Position numbers and translations under genes: made by a program
Notes under the pieces: model-generated
What the model was told of the DNA's origin: nothing
Seen by the model: only the letters and a program-made list of their open reading frames with translations
Databases searched by the model: none
Part shown: piece after piece, positions 44,731 through 57,314 of the stretch
Position numbering within the stretch: position 1 is the first letter of the stretch
Layout of the letters: each line of letters opens with the position of its first letter
Source: Octopus sinensis
Lineage: Eukaryota
Direction: 5' to 3'
Length of the DNA stretch: 64,000 nt
NCBI RefSeq assembly: GCF_006345805.1
Contig: NC_043005.1
Location: 11,966,001 to 12,030,000 of the forward strand

Positions 44731-46110
44731 AGATTGGTCAACAAATATTTTACGTCAAGCATATGTCAAGGTGTATATAGTGTAAGTTTTTAATGCTGAT
44801 TTCAAATATACAATTAGGTTTTTGACACACGTACTGTTTTCCTGCATTTGCAGTAACATCGATGGACTTTTCGAATGTTTATTACAAAATCATAATCCTG
44901 CAGAGTGGCGTTTGTTTATTGACACTTCAAAACGAATTTTAAAAGCGATACTTCTCCAGGATAGTAATTCGAATCCCTCCATTTCTATTGCACACTCTGT
45001 TCATTTACATGGATCATATGAGAATATGGAAATTTTACTTCATGCCATTGCCTATGGAGAATATGTAGAGATTTAAAAGTTACTGGAATGTTAATGGGAA
45101 TATAGTCAGGTTTCATAAAATACTGTTTCTTTTGTCTATGGAATAGTCGAGCAACTGACAGACATTCGGAATCAAACTGGCAAATGAGAACATCATACCA
45201 GGCAGGAGTGTCTAGCGTCAAGACTACATGTCTTGTAGATACATATAATGTCCTATTTACTCTTTGCACATAAAACTTCGTCTGATGAAACTGTTTGTAA
45301 AGACACTAGGGAAGAGAAATGCCAGAGGGTTTGAGTGTAAAGTAGAAAAGTTACCCAAAATCACACAGGCGAGTTGAAAGAAGGCATCTTTGTCGGGCCC
45401 CAAATTAGAGAAGTACTCAAAGATGTCAATTTCAAGACGACACTGGATGAACTAAAACTGCCTGCCTGAAACGCTTTCAATTTAATCTGTGAGAATTTCT
45501 TGGGCAACAAGAAGGCAATGGACTACGAGGATGGCATCAAGAATCTTCTGAAAAGTTACTCAGCAATGGGTTGTCGCATGTCCCTGAAAGTTCATTTCTG
45601 GTACTCCCATCTGGATTTCTTCGCAGACAACCTTGGAGCAGTGTCTGATAAACATGGTGAAAATGTTCACCAGGACATTAGTGCAATGAAGAAATGGTAC
45701 CAAGGCTTCTGGAATGACATTATACTAGCTGACTTCTGCTGGACACTTTACCATGATCAACCAGATAAGGAACACCGAAAGAAATCCAAATCATAATGTC
45801 TCTAACTCTGGTGTTCTAACTTTGTCTGTTTTGTGTGACCCATTGTTTGTGCATTCACTCTTTGTAGAATGATAATGATGATGATTTTAACTCAATAAAC
45901 TAATTTACTTTCCACAAATAATATGTCTCCATTTATTACGTTAATGATTTCATTTATACAAATATGCAAATATTTGCATGTATCTACTGAAAAACTGATA
46001 TGTGCCGCATACAAATTTAGTGAAATCTTGAAATCAGCATAAAAAATTAGTTTAAAAAAGTTGTTTTGCATTCATAATGTGTATAATAGATTTAATTTTT
46101 TTAACCAGTG
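44731..46110 (+). mobile_element. Degenerate CMC-superfamily (Chapaev3-like) DNA transposon
   Basis: WRLFIDTSKRILKAILL..SIAHSV, DLKV..KYCFFCLWNSR, HIKLRLMKLFVK, EGIFVGPQIR, GCRMSLKVHF.YSHLDFF..LGAVSDKHGE..HQDI; right end ..CCAGTG; subterminal TTTTTAATGCTGATTTCAA / TTGAAATCAGCATAAAAAA. Family name is from memory of these motifs. Confidence 0.7.
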
Positions 46111-46403
46111 TTATAAGTATAAACAATTAATACTCAAGATTGTGCTTTTAATACTAATCATATTTACTACATTAACACTTGTTGATGATTAGCATGTTGA
46201 AGAATATCTTGTAGCAACTACGTTTCGCATCTATATGTGTTGTTTTCAAACGACAGTGGTCGATATTTTCAGGGTGATTTAAGGTAATTAAGGTTACCGC
46301 ATATTTGATCAACTGCTTCTCCTTGTGTTTGTCTGTATGCCTGTCTATCTGTCAGTTGGTATGTATGCATGCATTTATGCACGCATGTGTGCAGGCATGT
46401 ATA

Positions 46404-46444
<41 letters not shown>

Positions 46445-46449
<5 letters not shown>

Positions 46450-46640
46450 TCCAAACATGAAAACACAAAGAGAAAACAACAACGTGAGGACGTATTTATA
46501 GTATTATTGGACGCTCAGGAAGGAAGGGAAGAAGGAGAGTTTAACGTTTCAAGTGGAGCTCTTCGTCAGAAACATAGGAAAAGGAAAGATCCAAAGACGG
46601 GAAGACGGAGGGGAAAAATCGCCAACGGTAGAACGCGGTA
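46445..46640 (-). mobile_element. Minimal-hammerhead repeat family, copy 2 (core intact)
   Basis: 46539-46573: GUUU-CUGACGA-A-GAGC(UCC)ACUU-GAAA-CG-UU-AAAC. Confidence 0.7.
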
Positions 46641-46947
46641 AGATTTTGAAATGTATAAGCGTATATATAAATAATATATATAATATATATATATATATTA
46701 TCTATATATATATATTATATATATAATATATACATACATATATATTATATATTTATTATATAATATATATACATGCATATATATTTATAGTCATATAAAA
46801 GGGATGACCACTAAGTGGACATCCATTATGCGAGAGGTAGACCCCATATGATCTGATCACTAAGAAAAGATTGTTCTCAAGAATATTCAGCAAACGCCTG
46901 AATGTAAGCGTGCAAGACAAATGAAAAGATTCAAAATATAAAGATTA

Positions 46948-47060
46948 ATCACAAACCCGGTTTTATTGTTACCACTTACTTAATACTTACGTAAATATCC
47001 GCATTTCATCAGTGTGATCGTCATAGCAAAATATAATTTGCAGAACGATCACACTGATGA
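46948..47060 (-). ncRNA. Degenerate hammerhead with an adjacent inverted half-copy
   Basis: Minus strand AUCACA-CUGAUGA-...-AAAA-CCGG-GUU-UGUGAU (6-bp stem I, G12 mutated); 16-bp inverted repeat 47006-47021 / 47045-47060. Confidence 0.45.
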
Positions 47061-47813
47061 CTTGCTGTACTTACATATATATATATATATTTATAGGTAT
47101 ATATGTTCACTCGGCTCACAGAAAGACATAGATACATACTCACACATACACACACAAATACGAACATTGCCGGATAGAGGACATACAGGAAATACAGGAA
47201 CACGTCTTTATCTCAATAACTATCAATATCATTAACATATATGCATGTATATATGCACATATATGTGCGTATGTGTGTGTGTGTGTGTGTGCATATATAT
47301 GGCGAATGAGGGCTGTGGAAGATGATTTAGAATAGGAAAATTTCGACATTGTGATAAGAAGACCACTGAAGATATGGAAACATGCTCGGTAAATTCTTCA
47401 CAACTACACACAAGCTATAAACGTTAAATATACCGTTAACTCAATGAATTAATGATTTTGTAAGACATTTGTGCCGATAAATTCATTAAGCTATTATATA
47501 TGGTACTAATTAAACGGGTCGTTAAATTGTTCAGATAGGAATATTGATGTTTAGGATATATAGTTATCATCCCAATAACTCGGTGTTGCATTACAGGCGT
47601 GTGTCAAATAATATTTTGAATTATTACTCAAGAGTGCTATAACAACACATCGATTTATATCATGTCATATGGAGATGATAAGATATTGAAATAAGTGTAG
47701 CGTGTATTGATTACCTACCAATTCATATTTATTTCGATGTTGTGTCTAGGAGTTTGATTCATACAGGCACACATGCATGCACAGATTCTCAGACATGCAA
47801 GCACTTTACAGTT

Positions 47814-48002
47814 CTATATTTAAGAGATGAGGAATTATGTACATTATTTATATTCGACGGATGTTTGTCCTCATCTTGTTTGTTGTTAACACAGCATTTC
47901 GGCTGATATACTCTCCAGCCTTCATCAGGTGTCTTGGGAAAATTCGAACCTGTGTTTTCATTCCTAAGGTATTTTTCGATGGTATTGTTGTTATTGTTAT
48001 TA

Positions 48003-48039
<37 letters not shown>

Positions 48040-48116
48040 TATTCAGGCCACTGCTTGGAATTGAACTCGGAATCTTGGGGTTAGTAGCCCGCGCTCTTAA
48101 CCACTACGCCATATGC
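47814..48116 (-). mobile_element. tRNA-headed, hammerhead-bearing element, copy 1
   Basis: A-box TGGCGTAGTGG and B-box GAGTTCAATTCC at ~48055-48113, (AAT)n, HHR motif 47888-47933; homologous to 62957-63300. Confidence 0.75.
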
Positions 48117-48204
48117 ACGCACTTTGTAGTGTCTTTGTATGAAAGATTATTATATCCATGCGTGTTGTAGGCACACACGCACACACACAAGCATATATAC
48201 ATAT

Positions 48205-48445
48205 ATACGGTTGGTGCATAATTATTGCGGTTTTTTTCAACAAACTTTATTCAACAAAAACAATAGCAACACGTAACAAAAACATCCTTAAATGATTATT
48301 TCGGAGCATCTACTTCTATTTCTGCTTTCCATTTGCTTTGCAGGCGGTCAGACCATCATTTAAAGGTAATTTAGTTAAATATTTTCATTGTTTTCCTGAA
48401 TAGAATTTGCTGAAGAGAAGCCGTAATAATTATGCACCTACCCAA
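48205..48445. mobile_element. Mariner-derived MITE
   Basis: TIRs GGTTGGTGCATAATTATTGCGG / CCGTAATAATTATGCACCTACCCAA followed by TA. Confidence 0.7.
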
Positions 48446-48576
48446 TACACACACACACACACACACACACACACCCATACATACATAAATATATATATAC
48501 TATATATAATATAATATATATATATATATATATCATATATAGATAGATAGACAAATAGATAGATAGATAGATAGAT

Positions 48577-48647
<71 letters not shown>

Positions 48648-48901
48648 GTTCAGCAAATATTTAGAATCAGATGAATTAGGTACTTAAGTTGAGGCACCAG
48701 AATTTAGTACGGTATTATCCATACAATTTCAAAGTAAGGTGATTAAAATCAAAATAAGTAACAAGGATATCCAGAGGTAATGCAGTACGATTGTTTCATG
48801 CAACTCCATTTAATTGAACAATGCAATCATTACATCAATTTAAAATGCAGAGCAACCTTCAGTTGCACAAAGTCATAGAATTTAATTTAGAACAGATATA
48901 T

Positions 48902-48937
<36 letters not shown>

Positions 48938-49034
48938 ATATCATATATATATATACCATATATATATATATATATATTATATTATATATATATATATATC
49001 TATATATATTAATATATATATATAATATATATAT

Positions 49035-49330
49035 ATATTATATATATATATAATAACGGGAAGCTTTATGAAAATAGATAAAAGACGAAGGCAGGTGGAA
49101 AACAACAAACAATTGTATTAGTATGGCTGCTCAGGAAATATAAATAAAACAAGTCTTTAACGTTTCGAGCCTACGCTCTTCAACAGAAAGATACACAGAA
49201 GAAAAAAACCAGAAAGAAGGAGAGAAAAAAATGCGTGCAGTAACTAACGAATCAACATGGCGATCTGATTTCGGCCAGAAGTCAAAGATCAAACCGAGAC
49301 GCGAGAGCGAAATAAGGGGGATAAATAGGG
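49035..49330 (-). mobile_element. Small repeat with minimal hammerhead-like motif (CUGUUGA variant)
   Basis: 49154-49191: UCUUU-CUGUUGA-A-GAGC(GUAG)GCUC-GAAA-CG-UU-AAAGA; related to 6585-6745 and to the motif-less fragment at ~20680-20755. Confidence 0.65.
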
Positions 49331-49626
49331 GTTGATAATAGGGTGAATGCCCACCTATTAGTGCGTAGGATGGGTCTGGACGTGTGTATGTATAGGGTTG
49401 GTTTGTATGTATTAGTATGTATTAGTATGTATAAGGTGTGTGTGTGTGTGTGTGTGTGTATGAGAAGTATTAGTGCTAGATAGGTCTGGACGGCGTATGT
49501 ATGGGGTTGGTGATATATATATATACATATCATATATATATATACATATCTATATATATATACATATATATACGTATATATATACGTATATATATATATA
49601 TACATATATATATACATATATATATA

Positions 49627-49677
<51 letters not shown>

Positions 49678-49789
49678 TATATATATGTATGAATATGTAT
49701 ATATTTATATATACACATATACCAATATATATCATCGATGTCACTGTCACTACTCGTGTCCGAGTTCGATTCCTCTGCTGCCGCCATGA

Positions 49790-50075
49790 TTATTAAAGCT
49801 GAAATGGCTCAGCAGGCCAAGTCAGTAATGGAACAGTCTCGGTCATTGATCGCATTGCAAAGTGGGTGATGGTCTTGGCTGGAGTTGTCGAGCCTTGTGC
49901 TGCACTCGTTTTCTTTCCTCTTCAGTCATTCTCTTCTCCTCGAAAGTGGAAAATCCGAAATGAATTACTCTTCACCAGGATGGACGGTTGGCGGTTTCTC
50001 TTTTCCAGGCCTAATTTCAACTTGACGTATGGATGAGTTCAGTTGGTCTGTGAACCTGCATTTGGGGAGGAGAGA
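49790..50075 (-). mobile_element. RTE-clade LINE C-terminal remnant
   Basis: FTDQLNSSIRQVEI..NRPSW, then EERKRVQHKARQ..TLQCDQ*PRLF..LGLLSH, resembling the RTE terminal C2H2-like finger. Confidence 0.6.
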
Positions 50076-50571
50076 GAGAGAGAGAGGGGGTAAATACAGG
50101 GAAAAATTGAAAATTCGTCAGGTGTTTCTTTTTTATATACATACATACATGCGTGCACACATATTGTATAATTAAAACAACTTTAACATTATAACATTTT
50201 TAACACAATTAGAGTATAACTTTACACATTATGTCTATATGCATGCCAAATAAGAATATAAATATCCGTTTTCACAGGATAAATATTTTCGTATTATAGT
50301 TCAGATAAAAATATGTTGGTATATCTATTCTTAAGGTAAGTTTGATACATACATCTTATAAATATATACATGACAAAAGTAAGAAGGAAGGACGGAAACA
50401 AGGAAAAAAGTTTTTATAGTGAACATTTTTTAGTTTTGAGGTGAACTTTCTTTTCTGTAGTATAAGACAAAAGGTATATTTAACTGACTTATATCCGGTT
50501 TCGCTGACTTCATTTTAAGGATCGTGTAATTTTTCCATTTTAAAATCTAGTTGTGGATTTTACATACATAT

Positions 50572-50630
<59 letters not shown>

Positions 50631-51093
50631 ACAAGCATACAAAGTATCGGGGTTTAGTTCACCGGTGAACTAAACGATTAGGTACCCTAGGTAAGTGCTG
50701 TAACTGATTACTAGGGCTCAAAGGTTATAGCCGAGACGCTAGTTAACGAACCATTGCAGATTTCCGATGCAGCGGATATATAATTGTTAAAGAATACAAC
50801 AATCAATAAGGCAAAGCAGACATCTCAAGTAGTATACAATATTTTTCCCTATTTGTTTCTGATGATGGAATATCCCATACTCGCGTATATCCCAGAAACA
50901 GCAGTAAGAATTTGATTATTTTCCAATAATGATTCTGTATACGACTTGAGATGTATTGCCTTGCCTTAATGTTTGTTGTCCTTTTTAACAATTATCTATA
51001 TATATATATATAAAACGCGAAAACTTCTACACATCTACATTATATATATATGTATATTATATATATATTATATATAGATATATATATATATAT

Positions 51094-51158
<65 letters not shown>

Positions 51159-51164
51159 ATATAT

Positions 51165-51320
51165 ATAAAAGTTAATCCAAACAAGAAACCTAAACAAAAA
51201 AAAACACAACGCAAGGACGTGGAACAAATAAAGTATTATTGGACGCGCTCAGGAAAGAAGGGAAGAAGGAGGGTTTGATGTTTCGAGCGCAGCTCTTCGT
51301 CGGAAACATAGGAAATGTAT
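51165..51320 (-). mobile_element. Minimal-hammerhead repeat family, copy 3 (two core substitutions)
   Basis: 51273-51307: GUUU-CCGACGA-A-GAGC(UGC)GCUC-GAAA-CA-UC-AAAC. Confidence 0.65.
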
Positions 51321-51995
51321 ATAAATACATTTTGTGAAAAAAATTTGTAGACCATAAATATTTAGTTGACTAAATTTTGCCAACATACTTTTCTGTCAAT
51401 TGTGTGGTATAATTCATTACGCCAGTTCAATTCTGTAAATGTGTATTGAACAGGCCGAGTTGTAAAGAGTATGGCATACAGAACAAATTAAATACTTAAA
51501 GTCTCCAACTAACGCAGTGGGAATCGAATTTATAAATCACGATGATTTATATTATTATTTTCGCTAGATTACATGTCTGTGAGGTTCTGTTAATATTCGT
51601 AATATTCTTACATTTTGATAATACATTATTTGTATTAGTGTACGTTTGGTATGACAAAATAGTTAAGATCTTCCTTTCATAAATACGATATTCTAGGTTC
51701 TAATGCAATGTATGTCATCATCTGTAAATACTTCCTGTAGTCCCAATCCCACCCATAGCCACATGTGTAGAAAGCTTAAGGGCTGTGCTGTCTGTTGAAT
51801 TATTGGGCAGTTACATGTTAATTCAGGAGGAGGTAACTTAGTTGATCTAAGAAATTTATCATCAAAGTCGACCGACGGAGGTCCACTACCATCATTTGTT
51901 TGTTTGCTTAGAAAGCCCTTTGTCTCCTGCTTAATGAGCCATCTTATGGTCTGTTAACTTATTCCATAATTATTATTCACTTTGCTCATATAATA

Positions 51996-52391
51996 TACTA
52001 GCAGTATCGCCCGGCGTTGCTCGGGTTTGTAAGGGAAATAACTATATAAGCATTTTTAGTGATGTAAAGTATAATAGCCATCTCAATATGGCTAACCACA
52101 AAGGGGGAGGGGGTTACTGTAGCTTTTACGTTCTGAGATTTAATAGTATATTTTTAGAGAGTTACTTCCCTTATATATGCCAAAAATTCATTAAAAATGG
52201 AAAAAAATTATGGTAATTTTTTTTTAAATCGTAGACTCATCGTAGACGCGCGCTAATACTCAGAAGGGCTCGATATGAATCACGACTATAAGATACCCGG
52301 TTTTGGTTAAACTGCACCGCAAAATGTGGGAGTAGATAGGAATCTAAATCGTAGGAGACAGACACACAACCTTACTTTTATATATAAAGAT
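51996..52391 (+). mobile_element. Helentron/DINE-1-like non-autonomous rolling-circle element
   Basis: 5' TACTAGC followed by hairpin CCCGG(CGTTG)CTCGGG; 3' ACAGACACAC..CTTTTATATATAAAGAT; no TSD; T-rich insertion site. Confidence 0.6.
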
Positions 52392-52904
52392 TTCATTTGT
52401 AGAAGTTTTCGCGTTTTGTTATATGTGGCGTGTAATGTATTTGTTGCGTTGTATTTTTGATTGCATTGTTCTACGTCTTGATCTGGTACTTTGTCAGAAA
52501 ACTGTCATTGTTCAATGTTTACATTATTCTGTGGATTTAATTGCAATTGGAAACACAACGTCAAAAAAAAAATACGACTCAAGGCATAGAAAGTAGTTGT
52601 AACTTGTACCGTGAAAGACTAATGGTAAACTGAAAATAGTTAACAAGGATGGCGACAAGTAGAGCGACGGCAAACAAAAACAACAAAGACAAACAAAAAT
52701 AATTTTTGATAATAATAATGACAATAATGATGATGATAATAATAATAATGACAATAATGATGATGGTGATGATGATGATGATGATGATGATAATAATAAT
52801 GACAATAATGATGATGATGATGATGATGATAATAATAATAATGACAATACTGATGATGATGATGATGATGATAATAATAGTAATTATAATAATACTCTTT
52901 TTAC

Positions 52905-53110
52905 TCTTTTACTTGTTTCAGTCATTGGACTGCGGCCATGCTTTGGGCACCGACTTTGGTCGAGCAAAATGCCAGCAGGACTTATTCTTTGGAAGCCTAG
53001 TACTTATTCTATTGGTCTCTTTAGCAGAACCGCTAATTACGGGGACGTAACACACCAACATCGACTAAAGGCGGAGCCAGCAGTGAAATGACTGAACAAG
53101 TACAAGAATA
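52905..53110 (-). mobile_element. SINE family B 3' half plus a short inverted tail fragment
   Basis: Reverse-complement tail 52905-53060, then a plus-strand tail fragment GACTAAAGGCGG..ACTGAACAAGTA. Confidence 0.75.
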
Positions 53111-53115
53111 AAAGA

Positions 53116-53177
<62 letters not shown>

Positions 53178-53180
<3 letters not shown>

Positions 53181-53621
53181 CTTGGCATCCTTTCTGTCTC
53201 GGGAGACAATGGAGTTCCGCATGAAGTAGTCTAGTCCGGCTTTTATATTTCATGTCCCGATACATTTCCTGCTGTGACTGTGTAGTCCTATCCTGGACAA
53301 GCACCTGCTCTGGCAGGTACCGCAAATGTGGCGAAGACTGTTCCTGGCCGGTTGTAATGCCATAGTCTCTTGTTGACGTCTCTTCTTTTCTTTCCATTTC
53401 TCCTCTCTCTCTCTGTCACTCCTTTGTATTCCCACTTTTACGGTACGTTGCCATTCTCCACGGTTGCCGGCAACTGCCTCCCAACCGCTAATATTGATGT
53501 TGCAGGCCTTCATGTCCCTTTTGCAAACATCCTTGTAACGTAAGATCGGTCTACTCACATACCTAGTACCCCTAGCAAGCTCTCCGTAGAGTATGTCCTT
53601 GGGGATTCTGCCATCCTTCAT
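53178..53621 (-). mobile_element. 5'-truncated RTE-clade LINE (ORF C-terminus and 3' UTR)
   Basis: ORF 53250-53621: GRIPKDILYGELARGTR..RPILRYKDVCKRDMK..WEAVA..C..C..SRIGLHSHSRKC; embedded in (TA)n on both sides. Confidence 0.9.
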
Positions 53622-54105
53622 ATATATATATATATATATATATTATACATGTCCAACCAAGAGCATATCTATATAGCTCCGTAATTCGCTCGAATTCGCG
53701 AACAAATGTTCCTTAAAATCCATTCTATCGTTTTTGGATGGCTGTATTCGAAATAACTTCAGGCAACACAACAAATACATTACTGCAGATGGGTAGATAT
53801 GAAAGAGTCTATAACTAATGCTTCAGCTACTCAATATTAATGGTAAACAGTAAGGTGCAAAAAGATGGCATGAGTTTTAAATGCACAAAGTAGTGGCTAC
53901 ACTTCAGAAAAATAATCCTCAACAAATGACAATGTTGCAATTTGAAGTGAAACATATATACCCGGATACATTCTAAATCTAAACAAGACAAAAACAAATG
54001 CAAGAATATGTTTCAACGCCTACTAAAGTTTACACGTTTAACAAATCATATAGTGTCATGTAAACTCCAAAATCGAAATCAATCTTTGAGTTAGATTAGA
54101 AATCA

Positions 54106-54266
54106 GACGCAGGAGTGGCTGTGTGGTGAGTAGCTTGCTTAGCAACCACATGAATCCGGGTTCATTCCCACTGCGTGACACTTTGGGTGAGTGTCTTCTA
54201 CTTTAGCCTCGGGCCGACCAAAGCCTTGTGAGTGGATTTGGTAGGCAGAAACTGAAAGAATTCCGT

Positions 54267-54311
<45 letters not shown>

Positions 54312-54570
54312 GTGTGTGTGTGTGTGTGGTGTGTGTGTGTGTGTGTGTGTGTGTTTGTGTGTCTGTGTTTGTCCCCTCAACATCGCTTGACAACCGATAG
54401 TGGTGTGTTTACGTCCCCGTTACTTACGGGTTCGGCAAAAGAGACCGATAGAATAAGTACTAGGCTTCCAAAGAATAAGTCCTGGTGTCGATTTGCTCGA
54501 CTTAAAAAGGCGGTGCTCCAGCATAGCCGCAGTCAAATGACTGAAACACGTAAAATATTAAAAGAATTAA
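54106..54570 (+). mobile_element. SINE family B
   Basis: Full-length copy starting GACGCAGGAGTGGCTGTGTGG. Confidence 0.9.
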
Positions 54571-54601
<31 letters not shown>

Positions 54602-55468
54602 TAAAAGAGTATGTCGATACATTAGTACATGACAAAAGTAGGGATCTCTAGACGTAAACATCGTCAAATACATTTCAAATATCATTATCCCCTAAAAATG
54701 GAGGTACACAATGCTTGATGCATTATGTTTGTATTTAATAGCAGGACTACGGCCTGAAAGAATTTTATAGGTTTCTTGACCCATGATTGACCTTCAATAA
54801 AGCAACAGCATTAAGAGCAAAAACAGCAACGAAACTATGTATTCGTCGATTCCGCTGGAAATACAGCTAAATATCATATCTGTTAAATCGGATCCTAACC
54901 TTTTCAGGGTCGGAAAATACAATGTATAACCTAGATAATCATGGCAAGCCATCATATTAGCAGCTGTCCTTTTCTTTTAAACAATAACAACGATAACAAC
55001 TGAAAGAAATATCAGCACCATAGAACAGTTAATGAATAAAGCTTCGGAAGATTCACTTAGGAGTAAATATACCCGAAGATTATAAACTAAAATGTATTTC
55101 GAGCACAAAGGAAAAATGCCGCTCCTCCGAAAAGGTCAGTTGGAAATATGACTACAGTATTTACATAATAGGCAGTTTGTATATATATATTTATAATTTT
55201 ACAAAAAAGAAAAATACACACACTTTACATAGTTTTAATGTAATTTTTAATATATCGACCGGTTTCGCTTTCGCTATTCATGATATTAAGGTTTACTTAT
55301 TTGAATATGTATTTTCTTAAGATGAAATTTTTGTCCATGTGTGTGACGATATTTTCGAAGGAATGACTTCACAAGTAGAAAAATAAGGGGAGGTAATTGC
55401 TTATCGTTATTATTGTTATTGTTCTGAGGTATAACTGTTCGGCTTTCGGTAAGGGGAAGGGTATATAT

Positions 55469-55516
<48 letters not shown>

Positions 55517-55693
55517 ATATACATACATAAAAGTTGTTTAGTCAGAGGATTTATGTACAGTGATGTAATTGTTGATATATTAAAAATTATATTAAAACTA
55601 TGTAATATATGTGTATTTTCCTTTTTTAAATTTCTTTTATATATTTTAACTCATCACGTGGGGATAATCAAAATTCCTCCTTTTTTGTTACTA

Positions 55694-56171
55694 TTGGGTT
55701 GTCCGAAAAGTTCGCGCCGATTTTTAAAAGAAAGAAAAAGGTCAATAAATACATGCCATTACATTTTTAATCAACCAAATATGAAACATTTTGTTGCACA
55801 ATGTGTCTCCATCTTTCCTTTAACTTGGAAATACCCTCTTCCCAGAATTGAGGTGGTTTCATGGGAAAGAATTCATCAAGATATCTTTTCAAGGAATTGA
55901 AATTTTTACCATTAAGAATATTCTGCAGAAACCTGAATAAGTGGAAATCCGAAGGGGCAATATCTGATGAATATGTAGGGTGGGGTAACACATCCCAGCC
56001 GAGCTGCAGCAATTTTTGTCTGGTTCCTAAACCTTCTTCCCCGAAAACATAGCTTAAAATGTGCTCGAAATAGAGGTGCAGTCAAATTCTGTTTTATAGA
56101 CTCAACCATGTTCTAATATAAGTCGAAAGGTAAGCTAATATAAATCGGCACCAACTTTCCCGACAACCCAA
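55694..56171 (-). mobile_element. Internally deleted mariner (D,D34D) element with both TIRs
   Basis: TIRs TTGGGTTGTCCGAAAAGTTCGCGCCGATTT / AAATCGGCACCAACTTTCCCGACAACCCAA, TA TSDs at 55692 and 56172; WDVLPHPTYSSDIAPSDFHLF..KLKERWRHIV. Confidence 0.93.
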
Positions 56172-56174
56172 TAC

Positions 56175-56222
<48 letters not shown>

Positions 56223-56224
56223 TA

Positions 56225-56884
56225 TATCAATAATTAAGGGTAAAATCAATTAGTTATTAATTAATTTCACCAAGTAGTGTTCAGTATGTAAAAGGACGAT
56301 TCAAGGCGTATTCAAAATATTACTTTATATAATTAAGGGATCAGTAAAATAATTTACTTTGCCACATACTGATTTTTTTAGAAATAGCAGCCCCAAAAAA
56401 TTTTCTTTAGCAATTTCTACTACTTTAAGAAGAATCTCCCTGAAAGTGCTTACTCAAAAATAATTCACGTAGATATGGAGGGAACACAACAAAATATCAT
56501 ATGTACAAAAATTATTTGAGAACGTTCAACGTTTCTAGATTAGCCGAATTAAAACTCGACATTTCTTTCGTCAGCTCAACATTTCTTATTTGATTTGAAA
56601 GCACTAAAAATAATGAACATACCAATCCGACATGAATCACCTCAGACGAACACCTCCAAACTGATAGTGCCAGCGAATTCAAACAGTACAAGTAAAGAAT
56701 TTATGTACTTCCCCCTTCCATCCACGTGAGTTATCGAGTAAACATGGTTTTAACGGTGAAAACCGAAGTAAATGAGAAACAGGGAGAAAGGAATTGTATT
56801 ATCAATAAATAAGGGTAAAATCAATTAGTTATTAATTAATTTCACCAAGTAGTGTTCAGTATGTAAAAGGACCATTCAAGGCGT

Positions 56885-56885
<1 letters not shown>
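56225..56885 (-). mobile_element. Element bounded by ~85-bp direct repeats, containing a type-I hammerhead
   Basis: Direct repeats ~56226-56310 / 56801-56885; HHR at ~56516-56579 on the minus strand; (TA)n on both flanks. Confidence 0.65.
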
Positions 56886-56945
<60 letters not shown>

Positions 56946-57314
56946 GGAAAACAACCAAAACAGCACTGATTCTACTGGATGAGGAATTAAGCATGAGACC
57001 TTTTCGTGGTTCCATGAATCGGTAAATAAACACTCCAAATATCTCTCAAATCGTACATTTCTGTCTATATAAAGAAATATTTTAGGATGTTTACACAGAG
57101 TAGACATAACATTATAGAATTACAGGATGATTTATGGCTGGAGGAAATAGCTTCATATAGATCTCCTCTTGATGACTTATATAATTATATACAGTAACAA
57201 AACACAAAACGAAAATAGAAAACAAATAAAAGTAATAATAAGCACCGAAACGTCTGAGTCATTACAGAGTTGGACATAATGACTCATAAATTTTGTTTTG
57301 ACTCTCTCTCTCTC

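Noticed and set aside
48040-48116. tRNA-like sequence (also 63230-63301, 29534-29610 and the SINE heads)
   Set aside because: It has A/B boxes but no clean acceptor stem, and it is fused to repeat bodies, so it is a SINE-type head rather than a tRNA gene.
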